A stretch of DNA of 64,000 bases from Penicillus capitatus (taxonomy: Eukaryota > Plantae > Chlorophyta), in assembly GCA_965649825.1 (NCBI GenBank), contig OZ287694.1, forward strand, positions 2,263,313-2,327,312, read 5' to 3'. Positions within the stretch are counted from its first letter, which is position 1. Every line of letters begins with the position of its first letter. The translations under genes were made by a program, and so were the position numbers. Below are positions 21,651 to 36,071 of the stretch, piece after piece. The notes below the pieces were generated by a model. That model worked only from the letters and a program-made list of their open reading frames with translations, did no database searches and was not told the DNA's origin.

Positions 21651-22891
21651 TCTGACACACTCTGTCGAGAAGCGGCTCCGTCGTTGTTTATGAGCTGAGG
21701 AATGCGGCGAATACCGGTTGCTGATGTGACGGTTGGCATCGATCGCGGAGTCGCTCTCCGCGATTCTCCTTACTGAAGAAAAGCGTGAACGGCGGCTTGC
21801 CTGTTGCTCTACGAAGCTTCTCCGCTACCTACGCCTCAAAACGCGTTCGGCAGCAATGGCTCGTTGAGTGTACCATGTCCCGTCCAGTTCTCCAAAGAAT
21901 GAGGTTCATTGGCGGCGCGGAAACGATGAGAAGCTACGATGCATTTTGTCGTTAAATCCGTGCAGACCGTCGCCATTTGTCCCCCCCTGCACAAGGCGAG
22001 CTCTTTGAAGAGCGAAATTCGATATTCTGCCGTCTAAACCTTAAAAGCGCTAGCTGCTATCTCAAAATGGACACGGCAGGTGCATTGTACAGCCGGCGCG
22101 ATTCGGCCGACTTGTGGCCTTTTTAACAGTCGCCCTGTTCCTCTCTGTCCATAGGCAATGTTGAGCTCGCATACCGCGTCGGAGACGTCGTTTCTGGCCG
22201 ATACCGCGTCGAAGAGAGCCTCCTGAGTCCGAAGAACACAACGATATGCCGCGTACTTTCTTGTACCGTCTTCTGACGCGAAGCTAAATCGAGGCGCTTT
22301 TGCCGCGTTTCTAGTGTATGCGCATCTGCGACGGAAGCGAAATCGTTTTCGACTGTTTCTCTCTGAAGGGCACACTGCCTCCGTACGACTCCGACGCTTA
22401 CGAGAATACGAAGACGGTGATTCCGGCCAACCGCCTTGCGCCTTCTGTGAACACCGCTGTTTTCGCAGAAGCTGTTGGCGGAGTACGGCGATGTCGAGCT
22501 TCTGCGACCGGACTGGTTTGAGACAGAGGAGGGAGACGACAAGTGCTTCCACGTCATCACCGTAAAACTTCACTCTCCGGCCTCTTGATATCGACGGGGC
22601 TGCTTGACAGCGACGGCGCATCTGTTCGCTGCGCACGACCTGCTGCAGAACGACCGTTCATCCCTCTCGGTAAGCCGACCTCCCGAATTCCACGCTCAGG
22701 TCTCCGACGCAGACGCGGAATCGCGGCCGACGTGAAGCCCGGACCCGGAGAGTCCCGCCTGTCGCTCAAAAGATACGGAGCATGCTTTCTCGAAGTCGAG
22801 ATTCCACCACAGTGGCCATTAATGAGTCCGTTATCTCACTCTTTTCCAATGTTATGACTTCCGGTGTCTGTCAGGTAAATGGTGGATAATT

Positions 22892-23345
22892 ATGCTCATT
22901 GCGTTCAGCACCATCTTTCTGGCATCTCTCGGAGTCGTCTGCTACGCGTCGTACCTCGTCATCTCACACATCATCGATCAGGGTACACACTTTCCCGATG
23001 GAGTGACCTTGATGCCTGCTTCTAGGGGATCACTGTCGCATCTTCATCTTAGTGCTTCCCTTGGCGATCGTTATCGCCATGCCCTTTGTCTTCTGCCTGG
23101 TACTCTTTGGCCGCCAGTACCTGAGGGTCACGTATACCGATTTCGAGATCAGAAGGACAATGGGACTGCCGGATCGCCGCCCGTCGGAGGTCGATGATCC
23201 AGAGACTGGGTGGCGAGCTTCTGCCATCGACAGACGCTTGAGGACGCAGGTAAAAGGCAAGACGAAATACCTCCAGGGAGCAGGGGTAAGTGGAGAAGAT
23301 CTCTCTCTAAACAGAAACCACCGTTTGCTGATCGCAGGTGGATGA
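22892..23345 (+). CDS. Small two-exon membrane protein, unknown function
   Basis: Two hydrophobic segments (MLIAFSTIFLASLGVVCY; LPLAIVIAMPFVFCLVLFG) joined by a plausible GT-AG intron at ~22982-23051. Confidence 0.45.
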
Positions 23346-25130
23346 CAAATGGACCGGTTGTTCAAAGCTGAGCGTCCTGCTCCTGGACGAAAGCCCCAAG
23401 ACACACCTGGTTTTCCCAAGTCTTTCCAACGCGGAGCAGCAATGGATCGCAGAGGAGGTCAATACTGTCCTAGCGAATATCCGAAACAACGTGCCGATGA
23501 GCCCATGAGATGATCTCCACACACTGATTACATTTCTTAGTTCATTTCATCTTTGGTACTTGCCACGTCAGCTAAAACGCCGTTAGTGATTAGAATCACA
23601 TTATCAGTTCTCCGTAACGTACGATAGAAGTATGAGGTAACGAGGGGAGCGATTTTCAGACCGAATCCAAGCTCACACGCTTCTGGCTCATGAGTTGAGC
23701 AATTTAAGATGAACTCAGTTTCCGAATCTTGTGAAATGAACGTGTTCTTGAACAAATGTGCTGCCGTGTACTATCATCTTGATGAAGCATGTTTATTTAA
23801 AACCCATTTCGAGTAGATGTCGTACGGCTTATGGTTTAAGCGACACCTTCAGACGACGTCTTCGTCATCGCACCATTCGTTGCCGCGTTCTCCGTTTCTG
23901 CTTCTCAGCTGCATTCTATTCTGAACTTGATGAGAAACGCAAGGTAGCAAGCTGCATTGTCCCCGTGCCCGCAGGCATTGCGCGATGCAGAGCCGCAGCT
24001 GATAGTCCCTGGCGCGACCGGGCGATCACGGGGTTGCGTTCGTGCGCCAGTTCCCTTCTTCCTTAAAGTACGAAGACCTGGCCGAAAGAGTAGCTATCGG
24101 AGATGCGCCATCCAAGAGGGCACCGAGACATCTACGTCTGTCTGTCGTCTGGATAGCCACCGACAATCACCGTGGCAAACCTTCATCCTTCCTCTGCTGT
24201 CCGATTCGGAATCTTGTTCGTATCATCATCTTTCGCGTCGACCTACGAAACCTTTCGCTTTCGTTTTTTCCGCTCGCTTTCCGCACAACGAAGATCTCTG
24301 TCGTTTTATCTGGTTACTTTCCCATCCGTGGTTTCTGCGCCTGTACACGAGTAACTTCAAGACACCTGACCTTCTTTGACTGCCAGGAGCTTCGACTCCA
24401 CGTTCCTTGTGCTCTTTCCCATTGAGTATTCGACCCTTTCGCTCTATGGTCTACAGCCATCGTTACTTTCCCTCTCTCATGCTTCTAACGTGACCTATCG
24501 TCACATTTCTCGACTCCGTTCGATCCTTTTATAGTAGTCAACTTCGCGGGCTCATAGCATTTGGACCGTGTCATGGATTGTAGCGGAGCCACTGAAAGCA
24601 TACCGGAATACGTTTCCGTGAGCATCATCTTGTACAATCTGCGCCTCTGATGTTTAACCTAAAAGGGTCTGTAAGCACGACCAACTTTATTATCTTGTAC
24701 AATCTGTTCGGCAGATGCGCTAGGAACTGGACACGGTTTGCTCAGAAGGTTTTGCATTTCCGCTCATTATCAACATGCTTTCCATTCTTACACGATTCCT
24801 CCCATGAACGGTCACACACTGTTTCAAATTATTGTCGGCTTCGACCCATCGTAGCGGAAAAAAGAGTTACGCAAAGACAGTGACGATAGAAAACACGAAT
24901 CACAAAGATCAACGACAGCAATAGCCATCGGGAATCAAATCAACACATGGTAATTATGCGTCATGCTAAGGCACATTATTCCTAAGTCTCGGTGGCATTT
25001 GAGGAGATTTATGCAGCTAAGCAATGAAAGAGGCGACAGCGAGTGTGTTGCCTATTCTTCGATTTTTCTTTATACAAAAGCAGAAACGACGTCACACAGG
25101 GCTCGAAGCATACAATAGTGGACCGACGGA

Positions 25131-28100
25131 TCAGTTGTCTCCGTTTCCTGAATCCGTCGGACGTTGGGCGATCGTCAGTCGTTGCTCCATTTCCTCCATC
25201 TGCTTCTGAAGAGATGCCATCATTGCCTGGATCTGATCTTTCGTTTTCTGTTGACTGGACCTGAGCATCTTCGAGACCTCGTTCATTCTTCCCTCCCACT
25301 GATCTTCTCTTTCAATGGAGCTGTCATCGGCAGGCACCAAGTGATGAAAGTAAGCACCTTCCCTATTCCTGCACAACAAGAATCACTAAGAAAGGGTATA
25401 CTCTGCTGGCAGAGATCTCACAGTTTTTTGCCGATTCTGTAGTAAAGGGAGTTCCACGTGACAACGATGTCGGCGCGTGCCTTGATCTTGCGTTCATTCG
25501 CCGCCATCTGTGCGCGATCGTAAGCGTCTGTCAAGATCGCCACCATCAGATTGAAGAGCACGATCATCGAAACGAAAAGGAACACGACGTACAACAGCGA
25601 CCGCCACACAGATAGAAACTTAGTCTCCAAATAGAAAACCTGCGAGGTCAAGAAGACAACTCAGTAGGGGAGATACATAGAGGATGCCTACGTCGGCTTC
25701 GATGTTTCCAATCGTCGAGAAGAACAGGGTCTCCGCGATGCGTATGGTGGAATCGAAGTCGTTCCGTTCTTCGGGAAGATCTTTCAGCATCTCGGAAAAC
25801 AGAATACGGAAGGCCAGTGAAAAACCAAACGTGGTTGTCATGAACAGCAGTATGAATGGCACAATGCTGTCCACGAGATTGGCCGTAAGAATGACCAGCG
25901 GTCCGATCAACTCAAAAGGCTGACAGTACTGCAACACCTACGCAGCGCGAGTTTACTCCATCGCCGTCACGGTTCGAGAATTTGAAGGTGTTAAGTATAG
26001 AAGCTCACCGTGAGCCACATGAAGATCGATTCGAGTGAAATAGTAAACGCAAGGAAACTGCTGATATTGGAATCGTAGACGAACATGACTGAGTAGTGGA
26101 GCCAGATATAGACCGCGACAAGAAACAGAGTGCACCTAGAACACACAGATCCATGTAAAGATTGCGAGCGAGTGCGTGAGATGCTTGCGTTCTCCGGAAA
26201 TGCAGTGACTGGGTTGCATGGGACAGTTGGAGTATGATGGCTGCAAGTAGAAAAAAGAAGGCCAACGCCTGTGTTTCTTTATTTTCGTTGTCGCACCAGA
26301 CGATGAACAAACTGAAAAAGAATGTCGCTGCGAGGTGCAAACAGATAGAGAAGATGCAGCAGCACTTAAAGTACTTATACCACAGCCACTGCACCAGCGA
26401 AATCACCATCTTCGACTTAAACACCGACGGTGACAGTTTCTTGACGTGGGAGACGTGGCGCAGAAAGTTCTGGCGATTCCGGCGAACGCATTGCTCGAAG
26501 CTGATCACTCGGGCGACGGCAGGGATCTGAGTACCGGAGGGATGACTCAGGTGTTCGGCAACGACTGGATGTTTTCGCTTCCAGAGATCTCTAGCTTCGC
26601 TGTCGGACATCTGCCATTCGATCGCGTTGTTGTCGGTCATAGCGATCGGCATCTTCTGGTCGCCATCGAAGAGTCGCTCAGGGACGAGGAAGGTCCCGTA
26701 CTCGCAACAGAAACGATCGTGTTCGAGGTGATCGATGACGAGAAGTCTGTGCTTCTTGAGGAGCTTCTCGAAGTGCTGACTCAAGAGTCTCGCCGTTTCT
26801 GACGCAGAGGCGCATTTATTCAGAAGTTTCTCCAGGACAAATCGAACGGGATCGGGATCGTCAATTTCGGCGACATGGCCCAAAAGATCGGAGCTGCCCC
26901 AGCTCAGCTTCACAGGGATGTGCCTCTCGGCGGCGAACTCGAAGAGGAGATTGGCTGGACCAAGGTATCCTCGCGTCACCGCGTAGTGGATGAGCGAACC
27001 GTTTTGACCCTCTGCTGTGTTGATGAGGTTTGCACCGAACTTGTCGATCAACCTAATAGAAGACACGCAGCCAATTAAGAGCTAACCAGGATCTGGCCAC
27101 GGGTGAGAAATGACGTACCTTTGGGTGATTTCGTCGTCTAACTCGATATCGAAGAGATCCAATACAGTGTAATGCGGCAGGGCTTCTTGGCAGATGAGAG
27201 CGACGCTTGCGACGAAATCTTCGGCGCTTGTGAGATTTCTGCAGCTTGTTAGGGTGCGGGAGTGGGCGAGGCACGGCTCCGAGCTCACACTTGCGACTCC
27301 TGAGACAACTGCGGAGATGCGTTTGATTTCTGTGTTCCGGGAACCTGTGCTTCAAGCGTTACAAACACTTTGAAGAGAGCAACAAGCTTACCACTGATAT
27401 CATAAACCAGTAGTTCTTCTACATCCTTTCGCGTTGCACTGACGATAGCCCTCGTACGGGAGCGGTTCACCCACACGATGTTGCCAAGGTTGCACAGAGG
27501 CGTGTTTCTCATAACCTTGTTAATGGCGGCGGCAGTGGTCCGACTGCGGGCGTCGAGGGGAATGGACAGCGGCTTGCCGGCTACGGAGTCCCAGCCGATC
27601 GTCATCGTCTTGTCGTCTTCTGAGATGTGGATGAAAGCGTCGCGCAGGAAGTGATCCACAAAGTTGTGGATGCCCGTTGCGCAGGCGAAGCTTCCTCTCA
27701 TCCATGTGCGTACGCCTTTCTCCAGCGACAGCACCAAAAACTGACCGTTGTGGTAAACGACCAGCGCTTTGGATCCATCTGCCATCAGCTTCATCACACT
27801 CAGAAACGTCCCATCTTTCTTAGAGAGCTCGCTGATGTTCTGCGAGCTCCCGTCGTCGACGTTCACCTTGACGACGAAGACATTCTCTGCCTGTGGGTTC
27901 AGGTAAGTGAACTCGCGACAGTCTCCACGCTTCGTAAACATTCCGACCCTGTCGCCATAGGAATCCAACAACACGAGGTCGGGAACGTCCAAGCTCCTCA
28001 TCAATTTAAGGGCACCGTGACTCTGACCACTCTTTTCCCAACTGTAGATCTCGATGCAGACCGTCTTTCCGTTGGCCACGAAGGCCACCAGCGATCTGTC

Positions 28101-30060
28101 TGGAGAGACGATCACATCCACGAAATGCTCGACGGCCTCGATCTTGTCCCGGATGGCAGCGAAGAGACCATCTCCCAGCATGGTTGTCACCCTTTGTCCG
28201 AGATCCCCTCGCAGGGACAGAGCCTCCGACAGCATCTTGCCGAGCTTCCTTCTGTCATACTGGGCGTAGAACCCCAGCACCGAGTGAGCATCCGGCGAGA
28301 TGACCTCCCGGATCGCCGAGTCGACGATGTCGTCGTGCTGGTTCAGCACGAGGACTTTTATTCTCTTGCCGTCCTCCAGCAACAGGTGTCGACCAGAGGA
28401 GTCGAACTTCGAGCGCAGAGGCTCAAAGTCATCGTCGTCGTTCCAGTCAACCTCCAGCACCGGGTATCCGTCCTTGACCGAGTAGACCGTTCCTTTCTTC
28501 TGGTCGTGCTTGGACAGGTAGATCCACCTCTGGTTGGGCGACAGGACGAACGGGCTTTGATTGCCCAGTGTCTTCACGAGCTCCTTCGGCGACTCGAGCT
28601 CGTGGATGAATGACGCTCCGAAGTCCAGTCGGAAGCAGACGGTCTCCGTCTTCAGGTTCATAACATATATCTTGGCCGTCTCAGACCAGTTCACCTGACA
28701 GAGCATCAAGAGCGATGCGGTCGCCAACTGAGTCGGACGGCGTGAACTGCTGTTCTGGTCGAGAAGGAGTCGCGCTTCGAGGAGCACAGTGTTTTCGGGC
28801 ACGTTAAGCCGCTTTGCATGCATTTCAGGAGCCTCCTTACGGAAGAGGTTTATCAACTGTCTCCCAGTCGATGGCTTGTTCTGGACAATGTCCGACGTCT
28901 TGTAGACATAAACGCTTCTTCGGTTCTCCGGGGCGTTGCTCGTGCAGCCATCCCAGGAGACGATGAACTGTCCGTTTCCTGCAAACCTTCCATCGCTGCC
29001 GCCCAGACGTTCGACTGTCAGCCGTCCATTCTCCGTGTCGCTGTGGTGCAACTGCACGTAGGTGTTGTCGTTGTCTCCCGCATGGCCATCCTCGACAACG
29101 ACCACCAACACAGCGCCATTCCGGCCAACTCGCACACAGAAAGGAGCGATGTCCCGGGGGAAATCCGTTGAAGGCAGCATGTGACGCGCCGCCTCTTTAG
29201 CGGACAGCAGCGTAACGGTCTCCTCCTTCCAGTCCGGTGCATTCAGCGCCGAGATCGCGCGGCTTAAGGCAGACTCGGATAACTCAGTCTCCAGAAACTC
29301 CGTCCTCGTCCCAACCTCCGAATCGATCATCTCTCGCTCATCCTCATCCACATTGGACAGCTGATGACATTCCTTGATCTCCATTCCCGTCGCCGCGTTT
29401 CGCACCGCATAGGTCGACACGCTCCAGTCAGCAAACAGGGCTGCAAAGGTGGACGAGGATTGTCCGTCGAATCGGACACTGAGGACGGATTTCTTTGTCC
29501 TGTATCTCGAGCAGCATTGCATGGCGAAGTCATTTGTTTGCCACACACTGCCATCGCAAAGTCAGTGGAGCAATCGACGAAGAGGCCTTACCGAAAGCAT
29601 CCACTGTCCCACGTCAGTAGACGCGTCCCGTCGTCGGAGAAGGCGAAGCGCAGCTCGGCGGAGCCATCCGAGGTGACAGACGGGATGTCGAAACGCAGAA
29701 GACCGTGACGCATGACGCCGGTCTTCAGGAACCTCGTGTCCGTCTCGCGGCCGCCGGCACCTGAAACAAAACACACTGTCAGTTTCCGCCTTCAGGTGTG
29801 GCCTTCTCTGTCCATCCATCTCTGCCCATGGTTGCCGGAGAGCCGACCCATTCGACAGCAAAGCTTCGCGAGCGTCGTACAGAGCACGCCATGCGCTTTG
29901 TGTGAGGATTACCTGGAGATGCCAGGGAATCCCAGGAGTCGACCGAGGTCCATTGTGAAGATGTCGAGAACGACACCGTATCGCGGTTTACGGATGGATT
30001 GCGTCTTCCTTCGTCTTTGTCCCGCGAAGCGGAACTGGATCGGTCCATGGCGCTCTGCAT
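25131..30060 (-). CDS. TRP-like ion channel, copy A: beta-propeller-like N-terminus, ankyrin-like segment, channel domain, C-terminal coiled coil (multi-exon)
   Basis: GPLV...FILLFMTTTFGFSLAFRILF (S5), pore FSTIG, IVLFNLMVAILTDAYD (S6), ARADIVVTW TRP-box-like motif; LIHYAVTRGY ankyrin-like segment. Confidence 0.8.
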
Positions 30061-30708
30061 CAAATGCGTTTCTCTTTGCGACTGTCGAAGTGCTCAGCAA
30101 TAAATAAATAGACAACTGTTCAACCATCGACTCGCTAAATGCAGCACCACGACGGCTATTGCATTCACGTTACGTTCGCGCTATGTTCGCGTCACATCTG
30201 ATGGATCTCTGAAGGTCACGTCATGCGGCAGGGTAACCGAAGGCGACGTCCTTTCCAGATACAAAAGAGCTGGTGCGTTGGCGTGATGTGACTGCGAGAG
30301 GAAAGCGTATTGTCAACGGTTCACTTTTCAATCGATTCATAATAATACAGTTCGTTCCGTTCGCTTGCCTGACACAACTGAACCGTGTGCAGCGAACGTC
30401 TTTCTGTGCTCATCCGGCATAATTTGCTGAGAAAGACAGTCGCCTTTCCCTAATGGCATCTCGTTCGATGCAAATTCGAAAACAGTGATACAAAATCTTC
30501 AACGTCTTCCTCGACGGAAAGAATTCACGATTCCGACGACCTGTCACATCACCACGACCTTACTCCTACTTGAACATTGCCTTCGTTCACGGCATCCACG
30601 TCTTCATTTAGAGAGAGCTCATCAAAACTGTTGTTCTCTTCAAAGAATTCTCCATGCGTGCGTACAGGCATGTCACTTGAATTTTTGCCCCGTTGAGAAG
30701 TTCAGTCG

Positions 30709-33700
30709 TTAGTTGCTCGCATCCTTCTCTGTGTTGCTATCTTGCAGCGTCTTATTCAAATCCGTCATCCTCTGCTCGAGGTTTTCCATTCTCTCTGTCA
30801 TCTTGACCAAGAGCTCTTCCGTTATCTGTTTCTGAATGCGCTCTCCCTCTTTCATGCGTCCTTGCCACATCGGCTGCTCTTCCACCGATGCCTCCTCGGC
30901 AGGAACCAGGTAATGAAAATATTTGCCTTCCTTTTCACTGGGCAGACAGAGACAGCTTATGTCTTCGTCAGAGGAGACAGAGGCAGGGCTCACAGATTTC
31001 TGTTGATGGCTTTGTACCATGCATCCCATGAGGCGACGATCTTGGCGCGGCACTTGATCCTCCTTTCACTCTCTTCATACATGACGCGCTCGTGGGCATC
31101 TCCCAAAATGGAGATGAGCAAATTGAAGAGGACAATTGCGGAGAAGAAAAGAAAGCCGTTGTAGAGAAAAGCTCGCCACAGGGAGAGAAGCGTGTTGTCA
31201 CCCGGAAGAAACGACTACACGGGCACAGATGATCATACCGACGGATACAGGCAGAGATGACACGTACGTCCGATGCCACATCTCCGAGAATGGAGTAAAA
31301 CAGTCTTTGCAGAATCAGCTCAGGGGTCCGGAATGCATCCAGTCCGCCTTCGTCGCTGGAGAAGTTGGTCAGCTTAGTCGAGAAGAGCACGCGGAAGGCC
31401 AGCGTGAACCCCGTCATAACCGTCGCAAGCAGCAAGACGAACGGGATGATGCTGCGCAGGACACTGCCGATGAGAGAGACCAAAGGGCCGATGTGCTCGA
31501 ACGGTAGGAGATAGAAGAGCACCTGAAACGGACCACCGTCACACAGAACCTGCCAGAAGCGGCCTGCTCACGTACCTGGACCCACAGGAAGATCGCCTGG
31601 AACGAGATGACGATGGCCGCCATCACGCCGAATGTCCTCGCCACCCAGTAGTTAAGCACCAAAGCCGTCGTAAGAAACAACGAGACCCATCTGGTACGCG
31701 AAGAGGCTTCGGCGGAATAGGGCGAGTCAGGAGAGCGCACCTGCAGGGCCTGAGGAAGTTCTGCGTGCTTGGCGGCAGGGAAACGAGCAGACAGAGGTGA
31801 AGAGCGACGACGCCGATCGTCTTCTGCCGAGAACCGTCGTCGCCGTCGACGAAGAGGACGAAGACGCTGAAGAGTGCCGTCGCCATCAGGTGAAAGAAGG
31901 TGGCGATCATGAACGGTGTCCGGAAGAACCTCTGCCATTGCCACTGCACCAGAATGCTGACGGTGTCCGATGTAAAGACCGACGGCGATAGCTTGGCCGA
32001 AATAAGATGCCCCAGAACGCTCTTTTCGTCGCGCAGGACGCAGTCTTCGAGGCAGATGACTTTGGCGACGGCTTCGATTTTGGTGCCCGTCGGCGACTGC
32101 AGATGATCTCTGACGCCTCTGTGTTTCCTTCTCCAGAATTCTTTGGCCTCGTCGTCGCTGGACGCCTGCCACTCGATGGAACGGTTGTCGGTCACGGCAA
32201 TAGGCATGCCTTGCGTTGAGCCGTCGAAAAGACTCTGAGAGACCTTGAAACGTCCGTACTCGATGCTGAGCGTCGTGTTCTTGAGGTAGTCGTCCATAAG
32301 ACGAGGATATTGCATCAGTAAGTACTCCAGATGTGACTTCTGTACTTTAGCGGTCTCTGTCGCCGTCGAGCAGCGATCTCCAAGTCTCTCCAGAACGAAG
32401 CGCACCATGTCCACGCCTCCGTGCCTGATGGCGTTGCCCAGGATGTCGGAGCCGGCCCAGCTCAGTTTGACGGGTATGCCGCATCGCTTGGCAGCGAAGT
32501 CGAAGAGGAGCTTGGCCGGGCTGAGGTATCCTCGCGTCACGGCGTAGTGGGTGAGCGACCCGCCGCGACCCTCAGCTGTGTTGATGAGGTTTGCGCCGAA
32601 CTTGTCGATCAACCTGCGACAAGGCAGGACGCCAAGTCAGAGGTAGCCAAGATACAAGTAAGCAAGAGAACAAGGCGACGTACCTTTGGGCGATATCGTT
32701 TTCCAGCTCGACGTCGAAGAGATTCATCGCGCAAAAGTGCGGCAGAGCTTCTTGCCAAAGGAGTGCCACGCTTGCGACGAAAGCTCTGGTCTCTGAGAAG
32801 CTTCTGCAGTCGACGAGGGTGGGGGATTGAGCGAGACACCGCTCCGACTTGAAGCTCGTCGGCCTGGGGAGGACAGCTGCGAAGCGTTTGATTTCGTAAC
32901 TTTGAGGAACTGCGCGTCACCAGTCAGGGAAGTCCAAGAGACAGAGGAAAGCTCACCGCCGATGTCGTAGACCACAAGACTGTCCACGTCTTCTCTTGTC
33001 GCGCTGACGATAGCCCTCGTACGGGAGCGGTTCATCCACACGATGTTACCAAGGTTGCACAGAGTCGTGTGTCGGGCCACTTTGTTGATGGCGGCGGCAG
33101 TGGTCCGACTGCGGGCGTCGAGGGGAATGGACAGCGGCTTGCCGGCTACGGAGTCCCAGCCGATCGTCATCGTCTTGTCGTCTTCTGAGATGTGGATGAA
33201 AGCGTCGCGCAGGAAGTGATCCACAAAGTTGTGGACGCCCGTTTCGCAGGCGAAGCTTCCTCTCATCCACGTGCGTACGCCTCTCTCTAGCGACAGCACC
33301 AAAAACTTTCCGTTGTGGTAGACGACCAGCGCCTTGGATCCGTCTGCCGTCAGCTTCATCACACTGAGAAACGTCCCCTCCCTTTTAGAGAGCTCGCTGA
33401 CGTGCGACGTGCTCCCGTCGTCGACGTTCACCTTGACGACGAAGACGTTCTCTGCTTGTGGGTTCAGGTAGGTGAACTCGCGACAGTCTCCGCGCTTCGT
33501 GAACATTCCGACCCTGTCGCCATAGGAATCCAACAACACGAGGCCGGGAACGTCCAAGCTCCTCGTCATTATCAGCGTGCCGACGCCTCGGACATCTTTC
33601 TCCCAGCTGAAGATCTCGATGCGGACGGTGCCTCCGTCGGTGACGAAGGCTACGAGAGATCTGTCCGGAGAGACGATCACGTCCACAAAGTGCGCGTCAG

Positions 33701-35619
33701 CTTGGAACTCGATCTTGTCCCGGACGGCAGCGAAGAGACCGTCCGCAAGCATGGTCTTCACTCTGCTTCCGAGACAAACTCGCAGCGACAGAGCCTCCGA
33801 GAGCATCTTGCCGAGCTTCCTTCGGTCGTACTGAGCGTAGAACTTGAGGACAGCGTAAGCGTCCGGCGAGATGACCTCCCGGATCGCCGAGTCGACGATG
33901 TCGTCGTGCTGGTTCAGCACGAAGACTTTCATTCTCTTGCCGTCCTCCAGCACAAGGTATCGACCAGTGGAGTCAAACTTCGAGCGCAGCGGCTCGAAGT
34001 CATCGTCGTCGTTCCAGTCAACCTCCAGCACCGGGTATCCGTCCTTGACCGAGTAGACCGTTCCTTTCTTATGGTCGTGTTTGGACAGGTAGATCCACCT
34101 CTGGTTGGGCGACAGGACGAACGGGCTTTGATTGCCCAGTGTCTTCACGAGCTGTTTCGGCGACTCGAGCTCGTGGACGAAGGACTCGCCGAAGTCCAGT
34201 CGGAAGCAGATGGTCTCCGTCTTCAGGTCCATGACAACTATCTTCGCCGTCTCGGACCAGTTCACCTGGCAGAGCATCAGCAGCGAGGCGGTCGGCAGCT
34301 GAGTCGGACGGCGTGAACTGCTGTTCTGGTCGAGGAGAAGTCGCGCCTGGAGCAGAACTCTGTCGCCCGGCAGCTTGTACGTCAGTCGCGGCAGTCGAGA
34401 AGTAAACTCGTGACTGCTCTCCTTCCGCCACAGCCTTGAGATGGTCAGCTTGACTTCCCTGCCGAAGTCTTCAGTCTCGTAGATGTAGATCATCTTCGGG
34501 TCGACCGAATCATCTGACGTGCAACCGTCCCACGTCACGATAAACTTTCCGTCGTCTGAAAACGTCGCGTCACTGCCCTTTAGACGATCCGGCCACTTCA
34601 TCTCCTCTGTCGCCTGATAGTTCGACAACAGATGCACACTGGTGCAGTCGCTTGAGTCGGCGTTCGAGCTTCCGACAATCAACATATTTCCACGCTTCGG
34701 GCGAATACAGCAGAGCCTGAACCTCTCAGCGAAGTCTCTCGAAATCCAATCCGTCGTTATGCCGTCGCGTTCGGCGAGAAGCGGAACGATCTCTTCTGAC
34801 CATCTCTCTTCGTGCATCGACCCTCTCGTCAGTTCCACCAGCGACACGGATCGATACGCGGCAATCAATCCGTCGCCGTCGTTGTCCGTCGAAGGCGCCA
34901 CTCGGTCTTCTTTCACATCGACGTTCTCCAGGTAACTCGACTGCCGTATCACCGAACCCACGGCGGTTGGCGTCTGTATCTTGTAGTTGGTAAAACTGTC
35001 GTCCGAGAACATGGCAGTGAAGTGCGAAGGGTAATCGTTGTCGAAGCGGACGTTCAGTACAGACTTCCTCTTGCTGTGCTTCAGACGACATTCCTCCGTA
35101 AAATCCACCGTCCTCCACACGCTGACAGCGACATTCTCCGTTACAGCGAAGTCGCTGACGAAATCGACCGTCCTTACCGAAAGTATCCATTGTCGTACGT
35201 CAGCAGACGCGTACTGTTGCCTGAGAAGGTATAGCAGAGGTCAGATGCGCCAATGCGGATGGCCGGTCCGATGTCGAAAGACAAGAGACCCTGTCGAACG
35301 ACGCCGTTCTTCATGAAGCCCCCTCTCGCGGCATCGCTGCCGCCACCTGCACTCACAGCACGTTTCCTCCTCTGTGCCGCGGCAGTACGTCCGTCCTTCG
35401 TTCCGCGACGGAAACGCGCCGAACGACCGACGCTCGTTGAGCGCGCGGTCCAGTGCCTTCTCCGTTGTGCGGCTCACCAGCGGAAAAGGTCGATTCCCAC
35501 GAGGACGACGGAGTCAAGTGGCCGGCGGTCGTGAAGGCGAGGGAGTCTCTGTACACCAGCGGCGAAGGGCGACTCTGGCCTTCGTCGTCGCTCGACGAGT
35601 GGCTGCTCACGCGCTGCAT
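30709..35619 (-). CDS. TRP-like ion channel, copy B (tandem paralog of copy A)
   Basis: GPLVSLIGSVLRSIIPFVLLL...GFTLAFRVLF; ILGD pore; AIVLFNLLISILGDAHE; same exon order as copy A. Confidence 0.8.
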
Positions 35620-36071
35620 TCTGTTGTCGGGGTATTTATCGTCTTCTACACTAAAACGGGTTCGCTGGTCTAAAAACACGCGACCACGGAATCGAGCAGT
35701 ACTTGTCCGGACTCAATGTTCCGCTGCATTTATCCTGCCGACGAAGCGTACCGCTGTATCTCCTTCGGCATTACGTTGGATTCCCGAAGCGAACGCCGCC
35801 GTCGAAACGCCTCGCAATGCGCTCGCCCGTTCGCGGTGCGCGCCAAAAACGACGCTTCGCTTTCGACGCGATGCCTGAACCCTCGCCATGAGACTTACAC
35901 ACCGTAGTTGCCTGCATCCTGTACAGACATCGACGTCACATCGCAAAAACTAAGGGGCAAAGCACCCGTGTCATTCGACCATCGGCCAGGACACCACGAG
36001 AGGTTGGTCCACGGTGTCTGTCGTGCAGCTAGATGATGTGACGTGGACATCTGACATCGCTCTCCTGCGCC

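Noticed and set aside
22034-24900. Several medium ORFs at 22034-22636 and 23957-24425, and a 15-bp direct repeat ATCTTGTACAATCTG near 24625/24690
   Set aside because: The ORFs are R/S-rich with no motifs or consistent exon chain, and the repeat is too short and isolated to interpret.
27627-28613. Long antisense ORFs (e.g. 27627-28613, 33315-34316, 7646-8170, 15858-16535, 52389-53462, 59393-60322)
   Set aside because: These are shadow frames of GC3-rich genes on the other strand or frame, with no motifs of their own.
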